From: Candidatus Ratteibacteria bacterium
GTDB taxonomy: Bacteria; CAZDME01; JAYEMH01
NCBI GenBank assembly: GCA_034717985.1
Contig: JAYEMH010000007.1
Location: 1-49,955 of the forward strand
Length of the DNA stretch: 49,955 nucleotides
Direction of reading: 5' to 3'
This document shows, one piece after another, positions 28,304 to 37,758 of this stretch; position 1 is the stretch's first letter; each line of letters starts with the position of its first letter. Made by a program: the position numbers and the translations under genes. Below the pieces are notes generated by a model, which searched no databases, was not told the DNA's origin, and was given only the letters and a program-made list of their open reading frames with translations.

Positions 28304-29865
28304 AAATTTATGACACCACCCTTCGCGACGGAGCACAAAGTGAAGGAATTTCGTTTTCGGTAAAAGATAAAATTCATATTGTTAAAAAACTTGACCAATT
28401 TGGCCTTGATTATTTAGAAGGTGGCTGGCCCGGGTCTAACCCTAAGGATATCGATTTTTTTAGAGAAGCCAAAGAGTTATCCTTGAAGAAAGCCAGACTG
28501 GTTGCTTTTACCTCTACCCGGAGAGCAAATGCAGCGGCAGAAAAAGACAGGAATTTACAAATAGTCCTGGAGGCAGAAACCCCGGCGGTTGCCATTTTTG
28601 GAAAGAGCTGGGTGCTTCACGTCAAGGAAGTGCTTAAGACCAGTTTAGAAGAAAATCTTCGGATGATTTATGATTCCATCGCTTTTTTAAAGAATAACGG
28701 AAGAGAAGTTATCTTTGACGCGGAACACTTTTTTGACGGGTACAAAGAAAATCAGGGGTATGCCTTAAAGACCCTGGAGAAGGCTGAGAAAGCGGGAGCG
28801 GATTGGCTGGTGCTTTGTGATACTAACGGCGGAACTTTATCCCGGGACATTCGAAAGGCGGTCGGGGTGGTATCAAAAATGACCAAAGTGCCTTTAGGGA
28901 TTCATGTTCACAATGATAACGGGATGGCGGTGGCCAACAGCCTGGCGGCGGTCGAGGCCGGGGTAACGCAGGTGCAGGGAACAATTAATGGCTGCGGGGA
29001 ACGCTGCGGTAATGCCGACCTTTGCGTTATTATTCCGAATTTAAAATTGAAATTGGGCATTGATTGCCTGAGTGATGAAAAATTGAAGTATCTTCGTGAA
29101 ATTTCGCGTTTTGTAAACGAGGTAGCTAATATTATCCCTGATGAGAAGCAGCCCTATGTGGGTAACAGTGCCTTTGCCCACAAAGGAGGAACTCATGTGG
29201 ATGCAGTTAAAAAAACGCCCCGTTCCTTTGAACATATCAATCCTGAATTAGTCGGAAACCGCCGGCGTATTCTGGTTTCCGAACTTTCAGGAAAAAGCAA
29301 TATTCTTCTTAAAGCCAGGGAATTGAATCTGGATCTGACTAAAGAAACTCCCCAGACTCAAACGATTCTGGACCGGGTAAAAAACTTAGAATATAAAGGT
29401 TATCAGTTTGAAGCGGCGGAGGCTTCCCTTGAGCTTTTACTCAAGAAGATTATGGGGCATTACCGCCCTTTTTTTGAACTTGAGGGTTTTGAAGTAAAGG
29501 TGGTCAATCAAGCCGGGAAACTTGTCTCCGAAGCAACGACTAAATTGAAGGTGAAAGGTGAGAAAGAAATATGCAGAGCTTTCGGCGATGGCCCGATCAA
29601 TGCCCTGGATAGTGCTTTAAGAAAAGCCTTAGAAAGATTTTTTCCCTCTCTTAAAGGGATGCATCTGACCGATTTTAAAGTTAGGGTATTAGACGCCAAA
29701 GCGGGCACGGCGGCTAAGGTCAGGGTATTAATTGAATCGGCTGACCGCGAAAGTTCCTGGTCAACCGTCGGGGTTTCCGAAAATATTATTGAAGCCAGCT
29801 GGGAGGCTTTAATTGACAGCGTTGAATATAAACTTATTAAGGAAGAACAGAAAAGGCCCCATTAA
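28300..29865 (+). CDS. cimA: Citramalate synthase
   Basis: [41 protein letters not shown] and SELSG.SN motifs. Confidence 0.9.
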   Translation: MKIYDTTLRDGAQSEGISFSVKDKIHIVKKLDQFGLDYLEGGWPGSNPKDIDFFREAKELSLKKARLVAFTSTRRANAAAEKDRNLQIVLEAETPAVAIFGKSWVLHVKEVLKTSLEENLRMIYDSIAFLKNNGREVIFDAEHFFDGYKENQGYALKTLEKAEKAGADWLVLCDTNGGTLSRDIRKAVGVVSKMTKVPLGIHVHNDNGMAVANSLAAVEAGVTQVQGTINGCGERCGNADLCVIIPNLKLKLGIDCLSDEKLKYLREISRFVNEVANIIPDEKQPYVGNSAFAHKGGTHVDAVKKTPRSFEHINPELVGNRRRILVSELSGKSNILLKARELNLDLTKETPQTQTILDRVKNLEYKGYQFEAAEASLELLLKKIMGHYRPFFELEGFEVKVVNQAGKLVSEATTKLKVKGEKEICRAFGDGPINALDSALRKALERFFPSLKGMHLTDFKVRVLDAKAGTAAKVRVLIESADRESSWSTVGVSENIIEASWEALIDSVEYKLIKEEQKRPH

Positions 29866-29868
29866 AAG

Positions 29869-30468
29869 ATGAATATTCATAGTGAATCAGGAGTACTGCA
29901 GAAAGAGGTGATTGCGGGCAAGACAGTGTGTGTGGCTGTCGGGACGATTACTTTTACTTTTTTAACTATCATGGGAGCTTTCATTCGAATTCCTCTTCCT
30001 TTTACCCCGGTGCCCATTACCGCTCAAACCTTTTTTGTTTTTTTGGCCGGGCTATGTTTAAGCAAAAGATGGGGTGCAATTAGTCAAATAAGCTATCTTC
30101 TTTTAGGGGCAGGAGGGTTGGCGGTTTTTGCCGGAGGCGGTGGATTGCTCTATTTAGCCGGCCCGACCGGCGGTTATCTTTTGGGTTTTGTCGCCTGCGC
30201 CTGGATTATCGGCCGGCTTATCGAGGTAAAGGAAAAGACTACTTTTGGCTGGGTGGTTTTTAGCGTTTTTGCGGGCAGTATGGCTCTGTATTTATTAGGG
30301 ACTGTTCATCTGATGCTTGTTGCCAGGGTGAGTGTCGGTAAAGCAATTTCTTTGGGAGTTCTTCCTTTTATTCCCGGATATATTCTCAAGATGTTTTCGG
30401 CCTCATTGTTTTTCTGGAAATTCAATCACCGGATCAGGCAGATTTTTCCCCGGGAAAATGGCAGCTAG
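29869..30468 (+). CDS. bioY: Biotin ECF transporter substrate-binding component
   Basis: IPLPFTPVPIT.QT, GPTGGYL.GF and GVLPFIPG motifs. Confidence 0.92.
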   Translation: MNIHSESGVLQKEVIAGKTVCVAVGTITFTFLTIMGAFIRIPLPFTPVPITAQTFFVFLAGLCLSKRWGAISQISYLLLGAGGLAVFAGGGGLLYLAGPTGGYLLGFVACAWIIGRLIEVKEKTTFGWVVFSVFAGSMALYLLGTVHLMLVARVSVGKAISLGVLPFIPGYILKMFSASLFFWKFNHRIRQIFPRENGS

Positions 30469-30597
30469 TTAATTGGCATAGGAAAGTATATCATCCCCCC
30501 TTGATTTCTCAGCCTACGGCTTTGAAATCAAAACAGGGGGACGGCGAAAATCGCCAAAAGGTTATCGCGAAGCGATTTTCTTGGAAAGGAGAATAAC

Positions 30598-31566
30598 TTG
30601 GGCAAGGACTGGGAAAGATTACTCGAGTGTATCAGGGAACACAAAAATTTTGTTCTGGCGGCGCATGAACATCCTGACGGCGATGCTTTAGGAAGCGTAC
30701 TTGCCCTGCGGTTGATTTTAGAAAAAATGGGCAAAAGGGTGGAGATGGTGATTGACCCTGATACAATTCCTTCCAAATATGATTTTCTCCCCGGAGTTAA
30801 ATCTGTAAAGGCAAAAAATACCCCCCCGAAGCCATTTGTTTTTGTCGCTTTAGAATGCGGGTCAAAAAAGCGGCTGGGCGAGGCGCAAGGATTGGTTGAA
30901 AAAGCCTCGGTGTTCGTGAATATCGACCATCATCCCGACAATGATAATTTTGGCGATATCAATGTGGTTGACCCTCAAAGCGCGGCGGTTTGCGCTTTAA
31001 TTTTCCAATTAGCAAACCGATTAAAAGTGGAATTAGATTACTCCATCGCTCTCTGTCTATATGTGGGTGTTGTTACCGATACGGGCCGATTTCAATACAG
31101 CAATACCACCCCTCAAATTTTACAGATTGCCAAAGAACTTTTAACTCATGGCCTTGATGTCTATAAAATTTTCAGGAAAGTCTTTGAAAACCAAAGTTTG
31201 GACAGTTTAAAAGTTTTTGCTCTGGTTATTGACCGCGTGCGGTTCGATAAAACCAGCAAGGTTATTTTCTCTTATTTAAACCGCCGGGATTTTATTAAAG
31301 CCGGGATAGAATATTATGAGACGGAAAATTATATTGATTTTTTGCGGGCGGTTAAAAATGTGGAAGCAGCGGTTTTTTTAAAAGAAGTCTCTAAAGGTTT
31401 ATTTAGGGTAAATTTACGCTCAACCGGAAAGGTTAATGTAGGTGAAATTGCCCGCAGTTTTAAAGGCGGCGGCCATGCTTTAGCGGCCGGTTTCACCACA
31501 AAAGAAGGAAAAAAGAAAGTCGTCGCGGCAATCAAAAAGATAGTTACCTCCGAGTTAAAAAAATGA
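30598..31566 (+). CDS. nrnA: DHH family phosphoesterase (NrnA-type oligoribonuclease/pAp phosphatase)
   Basis: H..PDGDA.GS, IDHH, TDTG.F.Y and GGGH..AAG motifs. Confidence 0.88.
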   Translation: MGKDWERLLECIREHKNFVLAAHEHPDGDALGSVLALRLILEKMGKRVEMVIDPDTIPSKYDFLPGVKSVKAKNTPPKPFVFVALECGSKKRLGEAQGLVEKASVFVNIDHHPDNDNFGDINVVDPQSAAVCALIFQLANRLKVELDYSIALCLYVGVVTDTGRFQYSNTTPQILQIAKELLTHGLDVYKIFRKVFENQSLDSLKVFALVIDRVRFDKTSKVIFSYLNRRDFIKAGIEYYETENYIDFLRAVKNVEAAVFLKEVSKGLFRVNLRSTGKVNVGEIARSFKGGGHALAAGFTTKEGKKKVVAAIKKIVTSELKK

Positions 31567-32693
31567 ACGGCGGTTTAAAATTAGGGAAAATCTTCGGTAT
31601 TAGCATCGAGGTGCATCACACCTGGTTTATTATTTTTATCGTCGTTACTTTGAGTTTGTCCAAATTCTATTTTCCGACTTTTTATCCTAACTTAAGCAAT
31701 CTTTCCTATTGGTTAATGGGTTTTATTGCTTCTTTGCTTTTATTTCTCTCGGTTTTTCTGCACGAATTGAGTCATTCTCTAATCGGGATGAAAAATGGAG
31801 TTCCGATAAAGAAGATTACTCTTTTTCTCTTTGGCGGCGTCGCCCAGCTGGCGGAAGAACCAAGAAACCCCCGGGTGGAGTTTATGATGGCCGCAGCCGG
31901 ACCTGTCTGCAGTTTCCTTCTTTTAATCCTTTTTGGCTGTTTTTGTTTTTTTCTTGGAGCACGAGGAGGTCCGATTGAAGTAATTGCCATACTTAAATAT
32001 CTGGCTATTATTAACGGCGTTTTGCTTTTCTTTAACTTGATTCCCGGATTTCCTCTTGACGGAGGCCGGATTCTCCGGGCAGCTATCTGGCATAAACGCA
32101 AGGACTTGAAATTTGCCACTTTAATTACCAGCCGGATTGGCAAGGGATTTGCCGTTTTTTTAATTATTTTCGGATTCTGGAACGCCTTTATTTTTCGAAA
32201 CACTTTGCAAGGATTATGGCTGGTTTTAATTGGATTTTTCTTACAGCAGGCGGCGGACACCGGTTACCGCCAGGTGGTCATTAAAGACGTTCTCAAAGGA
32301 ATTAAGGTTAAAGAGATGATGAAAAAACCGGTCATTTCCGTATCCGATAGTCTAACCTTATCCCAGGTCGTTGACAGGTATTTTTTGAAATATCATTTTA
32401 AAAGTTTCCCGGTGGTTAATTCCCATAATCGTTTCATGGGTTTAGTTACTTTGCAAAATGTCAAGGAGGTGCCGTCTGAACGCTGGGTGCAGGTTCAGAT
32501 TGCCCAGGTGATGCATAGAGAATTAGCGCAAATTTCCGTTCATCCCCAGGAAGAGGCCGTTGAGGTTTTAAATCAGATGATACGAGAAGGGATTGGGCGG
32601 CTGGCGGTTATTGAAGGGGACGAATTGGTTGGAATTATTACCCGGCGGGATATTATGCACCTCTTGCGTATAAAGACAGATTTGGGCACTTAA
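31563..32693 (+). CDS. Site-2 (M50) zinc metalloprotease with CBS domains
   Basis: HELSH and FNLIPGFPLDGGR motifs, C-terminal CBS pair. Confidence 0.92.
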   Translation: MNGGLKLGKIFGISIEVHHTWFIIFIVVTLSLSKFYFPTFYPNLSNLSYWLMGFIASLLLFLSVFLHELSHSLIGMKNGVPIKKITLFLFGGVAQLAEEPRNPRVEFMMAAAGPVCSFLLLILFGCFCFFLGARGGPIEVIAILKYLAIINGVLLFFNLIPGFPLDGGRILRAAIWHKRKDLKFATLITSRIGKGFAVFLIIFGFWNAFIFRNTLQGLWLVLIGFFLQQAADTGYRQVVIKDVLKGIKVKEMMKKPVISVSDSLTLSQVVDRYFLKYHFKSFPVVNSHNRFMGLVTLQNVKEVPSERWVQVQIAQVMHRELAQISVHPQEEAVEVLNQMIREGIGRLAVIEGDELVGIITRRDIMHLLRIKTDLGT

Positions 32694-32697
32694 GCGT

Positions 32698-32773
32698 GTG
32701 CTCGTGGCTCAATGGATAGAGCGTTGGCCTCCGGAGCCGAAGATTGAGGGTTCGACCCCCTCCGAGCACGCCA
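32698..32773 (+). tRNA. tRNA-Arg(CCG)
   Basis: Acceptor stem gtgctcg/cgagcac, anticodon arm ttggc-ctCCGga-gccga, ggttcga, CCA end. Confidence 0.95.
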
Positions 32774-32802
32774 TAAAGTTTGTAAAGGAAAGGGAAAATA
32801 GA

Positions 32803-33210
32803 ATGGTATTTGGAGCTAAGTACTGGAAGAAACACGAAAGAAGACGACACCCCAGAGTTAATGTTTTGTTTCCGGTGCAATATGTCGTCATTCCCAAGGT
32901 CTTGAAGGATATAGATGTAGAACCGGCCTCTTTAGGCATCTGCCGGAACATCAGCGGAGGAGGGATTCTTTTGGAAGTGGCTCAATTAAAGGAAGAGATG
33001 CTTCTCTGCGACAATTTATTGAAACTTGAGGTTAAATTGCCCGATGAAAATAATCCCATTTATATTTTTTCCCGTTTGATAAAGGCAGAAAAAAGTCTCA
33101 CCGAGGACAGCTATTATTTGCGCTTGTGCTTTGTTAATATAGATGAAGGTACCCGGGAGAAAATAATGGGATTTACAGATAAATGTCGTTCTAAGAAGGC
33201 AAGGGGTTAA
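32803..33210 (+). CDS. PilZ domain protein
   Basis: ERRRHPR and NISGGG c-di-GMP-binding motifs. Start moved downstream of the tRNA. Confidence 0.85.
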   Translation: MVFGAKYWKKHERRRHPRVNVLFPVQYVVIPKVLKDIDVEPASLGICRNISGGGILLEVAQLKEEMLLCDNLLKLEVKLPDENNPIYIFSRLIKAEKSLTEDSYYLRLCFVNIDEGTREKIMGFTDKCRSKKARG

Positions 33211-34028
33211 TGTACCGCATTCTATTTCGTCTGGGCCCGGTGACTCTTTATTCTTATGGGGCATTGGTCGCCCTGGCTTTTTTAACCGCTACTTATCTAA
33301 GCTGGAAGAAAGCTGCTGCCCGGGGGATTAATCCGGATAAAATTATTGACGCCTGCCTTTGCATTTTAGTTTCAGGATTAGCGGGGGCGCGTCTTTTCTA
33401 CGTTCTGATTTATCATGATTATTATTTTAGCTATCCCCTGGATATTTTAAAAATCTGGCAGGGAGGTTTAATTTTTTACGGCGGTTTTATCTTTGCCTCT
33501 TTGAGCGCGATTTTTTTTCTTTTGAAACAAAAGATTCCCGTCTGGAAATTTGCTGATTTAATCGCGCCCAACATCAGTCTGGGTTTGGCCATCGGGCGGG
33601 TTGGTTGTTTTTTGAACGGTTGTTGTTTCGGGCGGATTACACCGGGATTTGGGATTCTTTTTCCTTGCCGGGATAGTTCCCCTGTATGCCTCCAGCAGAT
33701 ATCTTCGGGCCTGATAGAGCCTGGCCGCCGGTTTAGCCTTCCGGTAATTCCTACCCAGCTTTATTCTTCCGCGGCCGCTCTTTTTATTTTTCTCATTTTG
33801 GTTAGCTTGCGAGACAGCAAATCTTTCTCCCGGTATCAAGCAAAGAGAACCGGTTGGTTTTTCTGGCTTTTTGTTTTTCTTTACGGTTTCTCCCGGTTTT
33901 TTATAGAAAAATTCCGTTTTTATGAAGCCAATTTCTATTTTTTTTCACTCACCCTTTCCCAGTTAATCAGCCTGGGTTTAATTTTGCTTTCAGGTGTGAT
34001 GCTGGTGATTTTGGATAGACTTCGATAA
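33210..34028 (+). CDS. lgt: Prolipoprotein diacylglyceryl transferase
   Basis: GARL.YV, IWQGGL.FYGG, IGR.GCFLNGCC.G and PTQLY motifs. Confidence 0.93.
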   Translation: MYRILFRLGPVTLYSYGALVALAFLTATYLSWKKAAARGINPDKIIDACLCILVSGLAGARLFYVLIYHDYYFSYPLDILKIWQGGLIFYGGFIFASLSAIFFLLKQKIPVWKFADLIAPNISLGLAIGRVGCFLNGCCFGRITPGFGILFPCRDSSPVCLQQISSGLIEPGRRFSLPVIPTQLYSSAAALFIFLILVSLRDSKSFSRYQAKRTGWFFWLFVFLYGFSRFFIEKFRFYEANFYFFSLTLSQLISLGLILLSGVMLVILDRLR

Positions 34029-34065
34029 ATGTCAAGAAGAAGAGTAAAAGACTATATCAGGTGTT

Positions 34066-35139
34066 ATGGTTAAGAAATTGGAACCACTTATCATCGGAGA
34101 TTTAGAGATAAAGATACCGATTATTCAAGGCGGTATGGGAGTTGAAATCTCTACGGCTTCTTTGGCTAGTGCAGTTGCGAATTGCGGTGCAGCGGGAACC
34201 ATCGCCAGCGTAGGTCTTGGTTATGGCACAGAAGAAAATGAAACCAATTTTGTTAAAGCCTCAAGAGAAGGACTTCAAAGGGAAATCCGTCAGGCTAAGA
34301 AATTGAGCCAGGGAGTTGTCGGTGTAAACATAATGGTAGCTTTGAGCAACTATGAGGATTTGGTGCGGACTACTGTAAAGGAGAAGACTGATTTCATTGT
34401 TTCGGGGGCGGGTTTACCTTTGAGACTGCCGGAATTTACCGGGGAAACCTCGATAAAGCTTATACCAATTGTTTCATCAGCGAGAGCAGCTAATATTATA
34501 ATCAAAACATGGAAGAAGCGTTACAATCGTTTGCCGGATGCCATTGTTGTGGAAGGTCCATTGGCAGGCGGGCACTTAGGATTTAAACTTGAAGATTTAG
34601 AACCGCATAAAGGGAATAGCTTAAAGAATTTAGTCGTAGATGTTTTAAAAGTGGTGGAGGGGTTCAAAAGCGAGCTGGGCATAAATATCCCGGTTATAGC
34701 CGCAGGAGGAATATTTGACGGAAAAGATGTTGCTGAATTCCTTAGATTGGGAGCGAAAGGTGTCCAGATAGCAACACGATTTGTTGCTACCTTCGAGTGT
34801 TCTGTAGCAGATAAATTTAAAGAGTTATATATTGCGGCCAGGGAAGAGGATGTTGTTATTATAAACAGCCCTGTCGGCATGCCGGGAAGGGTGGTAAGAA
34901 CTAAGTTTATTGATAGAATAATGCGTGGCGAAAGAATGCCGATTGAATGCAACTATCAATGCCTTAAGACGTGCGATCCCAACACTGCTCCTTACTGCAT
35001 AGCCCACGCCTTATTTAGCGCTGTAATCGGTGACCTGGATAATGCAGTTGTGTTTGCCGGAAGTAACGTTGCAAAGCTGAAAAGAATCGTATCCGTAAGA
35101 GAATTGATAAGTGATATTGTTGACGAAACCATCAGCTAG
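34066..35139 (+). CDS. Nitronate monooxygenase / FabK-like flavoprotein
   Basis: PIIQGGMGV, SGAGLP, EGPLAGGHLG, AAGGI and C..CL..C motifs. Confidence 0.88.
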   Translation: MVKKLEPLIIGDLEIKIPIIQGGMGVEISTASLASAVANCGAAGTIASVGLGYGTEENETNFVKASREGLQREIRQAKKLSQGVVGVNIMVALSNYEDLVRTTVKEKTDFIVSGAGLPLRLPEFTGETSIKLIPIVSSARAANIIIKTWKKRYNRLPDAIVVEGPLAGGHLGFKLEDLEPHKGNSLKNLVVDVLKVVEGFKSELGINIPVIAAGGIFDGKDVAEFLRLGAKGVQIATRFVATFECSVADKFKELYIAAREEDVVIINSPVGMPGRVVRTKFIDRIMRGERMPIECNYQCLKTCDPNTAPYCIAHALFSAVIGDLDNAVVFAGSNVAKLKRIVSVRELISDIVDETIS

Positions 35140-35140
35140 T

Positions 35141-35900
35141 AACTAATAACTAAGGACAGCGACTAGTTTTCTATTGATTTTGTGTTGTGGTATAGTAATA
35201 TAGGTTAATCATGCCAAGGATAGCAAGGGTTGTAATTCCAGGATACCCGCATCACATCACACAGCGAGGCAATTATAAACAGAAAACTTTTTCAGATGAT
35301 GTCGATTATGAACAATATTTGAAATGGTTGTCAAAATATTGTGTTGACTATAAGCTGTCTATTTTAGCGTATTGCCTTATGCTAAATCATGTACATTTGA
35401 TAGCGATTCCACACAAAGAAGATTCTTTAGCAAGAACATTCAATACATGTCATATGCGATATTCTCAATACTATAATACGAAGCAGAATCAGAAAGGGCA
35501 TCTTTGGCAGGGGAGGTTTTACTCATGTGTCTTAGATGAATATCATCTTTATGAAGCTATAAGATATGTTGAGAATAATCCGGTAAGGGCTAAGATAGCA
35601 AAGAAAGCAGAAAAGTGGAAATGGTCCAGCGCAAAGGCACATTTAAATAAAGGGAAAAGCATTTTAGAGTTAGAAAAAGCAGGCGATTATATAGCTGTAT
35701 CTGATTGGAAGCAGTATCTGGTGGAGAGAGAAGATGAAGCTGTAATAGATAAAATAAAATCTAATACATTAACCGGAAGGCCCTCAGGGAAAGATTTATT
35801 TGTGGGAAAAATAGAGAAAATGTTTGGTAAAAGGCTGAGGCCCTTACCAGAAGGAAGGCCTAGGAAAAGGAAAACTAGTCGCTGTCCCTAGTTTCTAGTT
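35141..35900 (+). mobile_element. RAYT element bounded by 31-bp inverted repeats
   Basis: 35141-35171 (aactaataactaaggacagcgactagttttc) and 35870-35900 (gaaaactagtcgctgtccctagtttctagtt) match 28/31 as reverse complements. Confidence 0.8.
35211..35891 (+). CDS. REP-associated tyrosine transposase (RAYT, Y1 HUH family)
   Basis: MPR.AR, HITQRGN, YCLM.NHVHL (HUH), GHLWQGRF and YVENNPVRA motifs. Confidence 0.92.
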   Translation: MPRIARVVIPGYPHHITQRGNYKQKTFSDDVDYEQYLKWLSKYCVDYKLSILAYCLMLNHVHLIAIPHKEDSLARTFNTCHMRYSQYYNTKQNQKGHLWQGRFYSCVLDEYHLYEAIRYVENNPVRAKIAKKAEKWKWSSAKAHLNKGKSILELEKAGDYIAVSDWKQYLVEREDEAVIDKIKSNTLTGRPSGKDLFVGKIEKMFGKRLRPLPEGRPRKRKTSRCP

Positions 35901-35920
35901 TACACATTATACAAAGTGCT

Positions 35921-35964
35921 GCCCCAATAGCTCAGCCCGGATAGAGCACAGGTTTCCTAAACCT
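35921..35964 (+). repeat. 5' fragment of tRNA-Arg(CCT), att-like copy 1
   Basis: 44 nt identical to 48605-48648, ending just after the anticodon loop. Confidence 0.93.
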
Positions 35965-36182
35965 AAATCTACCAATTCTCATTTCATCTTAATTGTCGTT
36001 TATCTTCCTATATTTCAAACAGTTCTGACAGGTTTTCATTCGCACCAATTATTACCAATTTATGCCAATTTGTCACCGCCATGGACACTATTTGGGCACC
36101 ATTTTAATGCTGATTTCGGCTTGGAATTATTTGGAATATTTGTCTTGACGTCATATTAAAGGAAGCGCAATAATATATATCT

Positions 36183-37748
36183 ATGAAAACTCTGCTTAAG
36201 TTTATTGTCTTAATTGAAATAATCGTCTTTTTCCCGCCTTTTGTTCTTGCCAATATATCAGGGGAGCAGGATGTCACGGTAACCTATTACCACGTTGAAG
36301 GCAATACCGGCAATTCCTTTTATCCGGAAAATAAAGTTACCTATCTTTATGAAGGTCAAGTCGATTTCACCCGTTCCTTTCTCAGTAAAGAGTTGTTCGG
36401 CTCAATGTCCTATCGGGTAACAGATGATCGGTTAGTGGATCTCCAGGATGTGAGTTTGGAGGAGTTTTTTATTGGATTAAGAAAGGATTCTTTTGAATTC
36501 TTGGCCGGAGATTTTTACAGCAGTTTTTCCGGCTATTCCGTGGACAACGCTTTAAAGGGACTCAGGTTAAATTTAGGGGAAGACGACTTAGCCCATTTTA
36601 AATTAGCGGCCGGGGTTGATACCTCAAGGTGGGAAAATTTATGGGAAACCCGCTGTGATGACTCTGACACCCGGAAATACGTTTGGGGATTCCAGTTAGG
36701 TAATAGTTTTTTTGATAAGGACCTCAAGTTAAATCTTAATTACGGAGGTTCTTTAGATGACAAGGCCTTTTTAAGTTCAGGCAGTCCGCAGGTGTTGGTT
36801 GATGTGGTAAGTCTGGATACCGCTTACCGGATTAATGATGTCTTGAGTTCTTCTTTTGAATTTGCCCATAGTTTTACCGATGCAGATAAGAACTTAGATG
36901 AAGTAAAGACAAAAAACGATTATGCCGGTAAGGCCGTCCTTGATTTAAACACCCGGAATTATTCTTTACTTTCTCTCTATTCCAGAATCGGTTCTAATTT
37001 TAATTCCACCAGTGGATTTACCGCCGCTGATTTAGAAACCATTTCTTTTGATGGTGCCTGGTATGCCCACAGGAACGTCAAGTTAACGCATTATCTGCAT
37101 TTAGACCGGGATAATTTAAGCGATCATCTCTACGTCACCACCCGCCAAATTAATCCGGGAGTAATCCTGGGGCTTTCTCTTCCCCGGGAGGTTAATTGTG
37201 ATATCGGATTTGATTCCAGAAAGAGGTATTCAACGGATAAATATACCAATGATGAGACACAAGCTTATTCGGTGAACCTGGGAAAAAATTTCCAGGTTTT
37301 CTACGGCAATATAGGGTATACCAGGACCGTAGTTAAAGATAAGGTTGACCTGGCCCAGGAGAGAGATGTTGATACTATCACTTTGGGGTTAGACGGGGAC
37401 TTTACCATAAGAGAGGTAATTTTTAGCTGGAATATCGCCGAGGATATAAATCACGAGGATTATAAAGAGGCCGGGAAGGCGGATTTATTTTTAACTCATT
37501 CTTTAGGGATGAGGGCGGATTTTCCTTCTGCTTTATCGATTGAAGCCAGGGTAAATCTCTCTGATAGTGATTACTATTCAAATTCCCTGGATAACAATAC
37601 CGCCAATTATGTATTTTCCATCTCCCGCTGTATAAAGGACAATTTGACCTTTAGTGTGAATTACGACTATAAGGATTATGCCTATCCTGACGGTGATGAC
37701 AACTATTCCGAAACGGTGATGACCGCAAAGGCAGCTGTTCGGTTTTAA
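36183..37748 (+). CDS. Putative outer-membrane beta-barrel protein
   Basis: Signal peptide, amphipathic strands rich in Y/F/D/S/N, and a C-terminal Phe (…AAVRF). Confidence 0.65.
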   Translation: MKTLLKFIVLIEIIVFFPPFVLANISGEQDVTVTYYHVEGNTGNSFYPENKVTYLYEGQVDFTRSFLSKELFGSMSYRVTDDRLVDLQDVSLEEFFIGLRKDSFEFLAGDFYSSFSGYSVDNALKGLRLNLGEDDLAHFKLAAGVDTSRWENLWETRCDDSDTRKYVWGFQLGNSFFDKDLKLNLNYGGSLDDKAFLSSGSPQVLVDVVSLDTAYRINDVLSSSFEFAHSFTDADKNLDEVKTKNDYAGKAVLDLNTRNYSLLSLYSRIGSNFNSTSGFTAADLETISFDGAWYAHRNVKLTHYLHLDRDNLSDHLYVTTRQINPGVILGLSLPREVNCDIGFDSRKRYSTDKYTNDETQAYSVNLGKNFQVFYGNIGYTRTVVKDKVDLAQERDVDTITLGLDGDFTIREVIFSWNIAEDINHEDYKEAGKADLFLTHSLGMRADFPSALSIEARVNLSDSDYYSNSLDNNTANYVFSISRCIKDNLTFSVNYDYKDYAYPDGDDNYSETVMTAKAAVRF

Positions 37749-37758
37749 GGGGGAATTA

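Noticed and set aside
32698-32802. N-terminal extension of the PilZ ORF
   Set aside because: It overlaps tRNA-Arg(CCG). The real start is ATG 32803.
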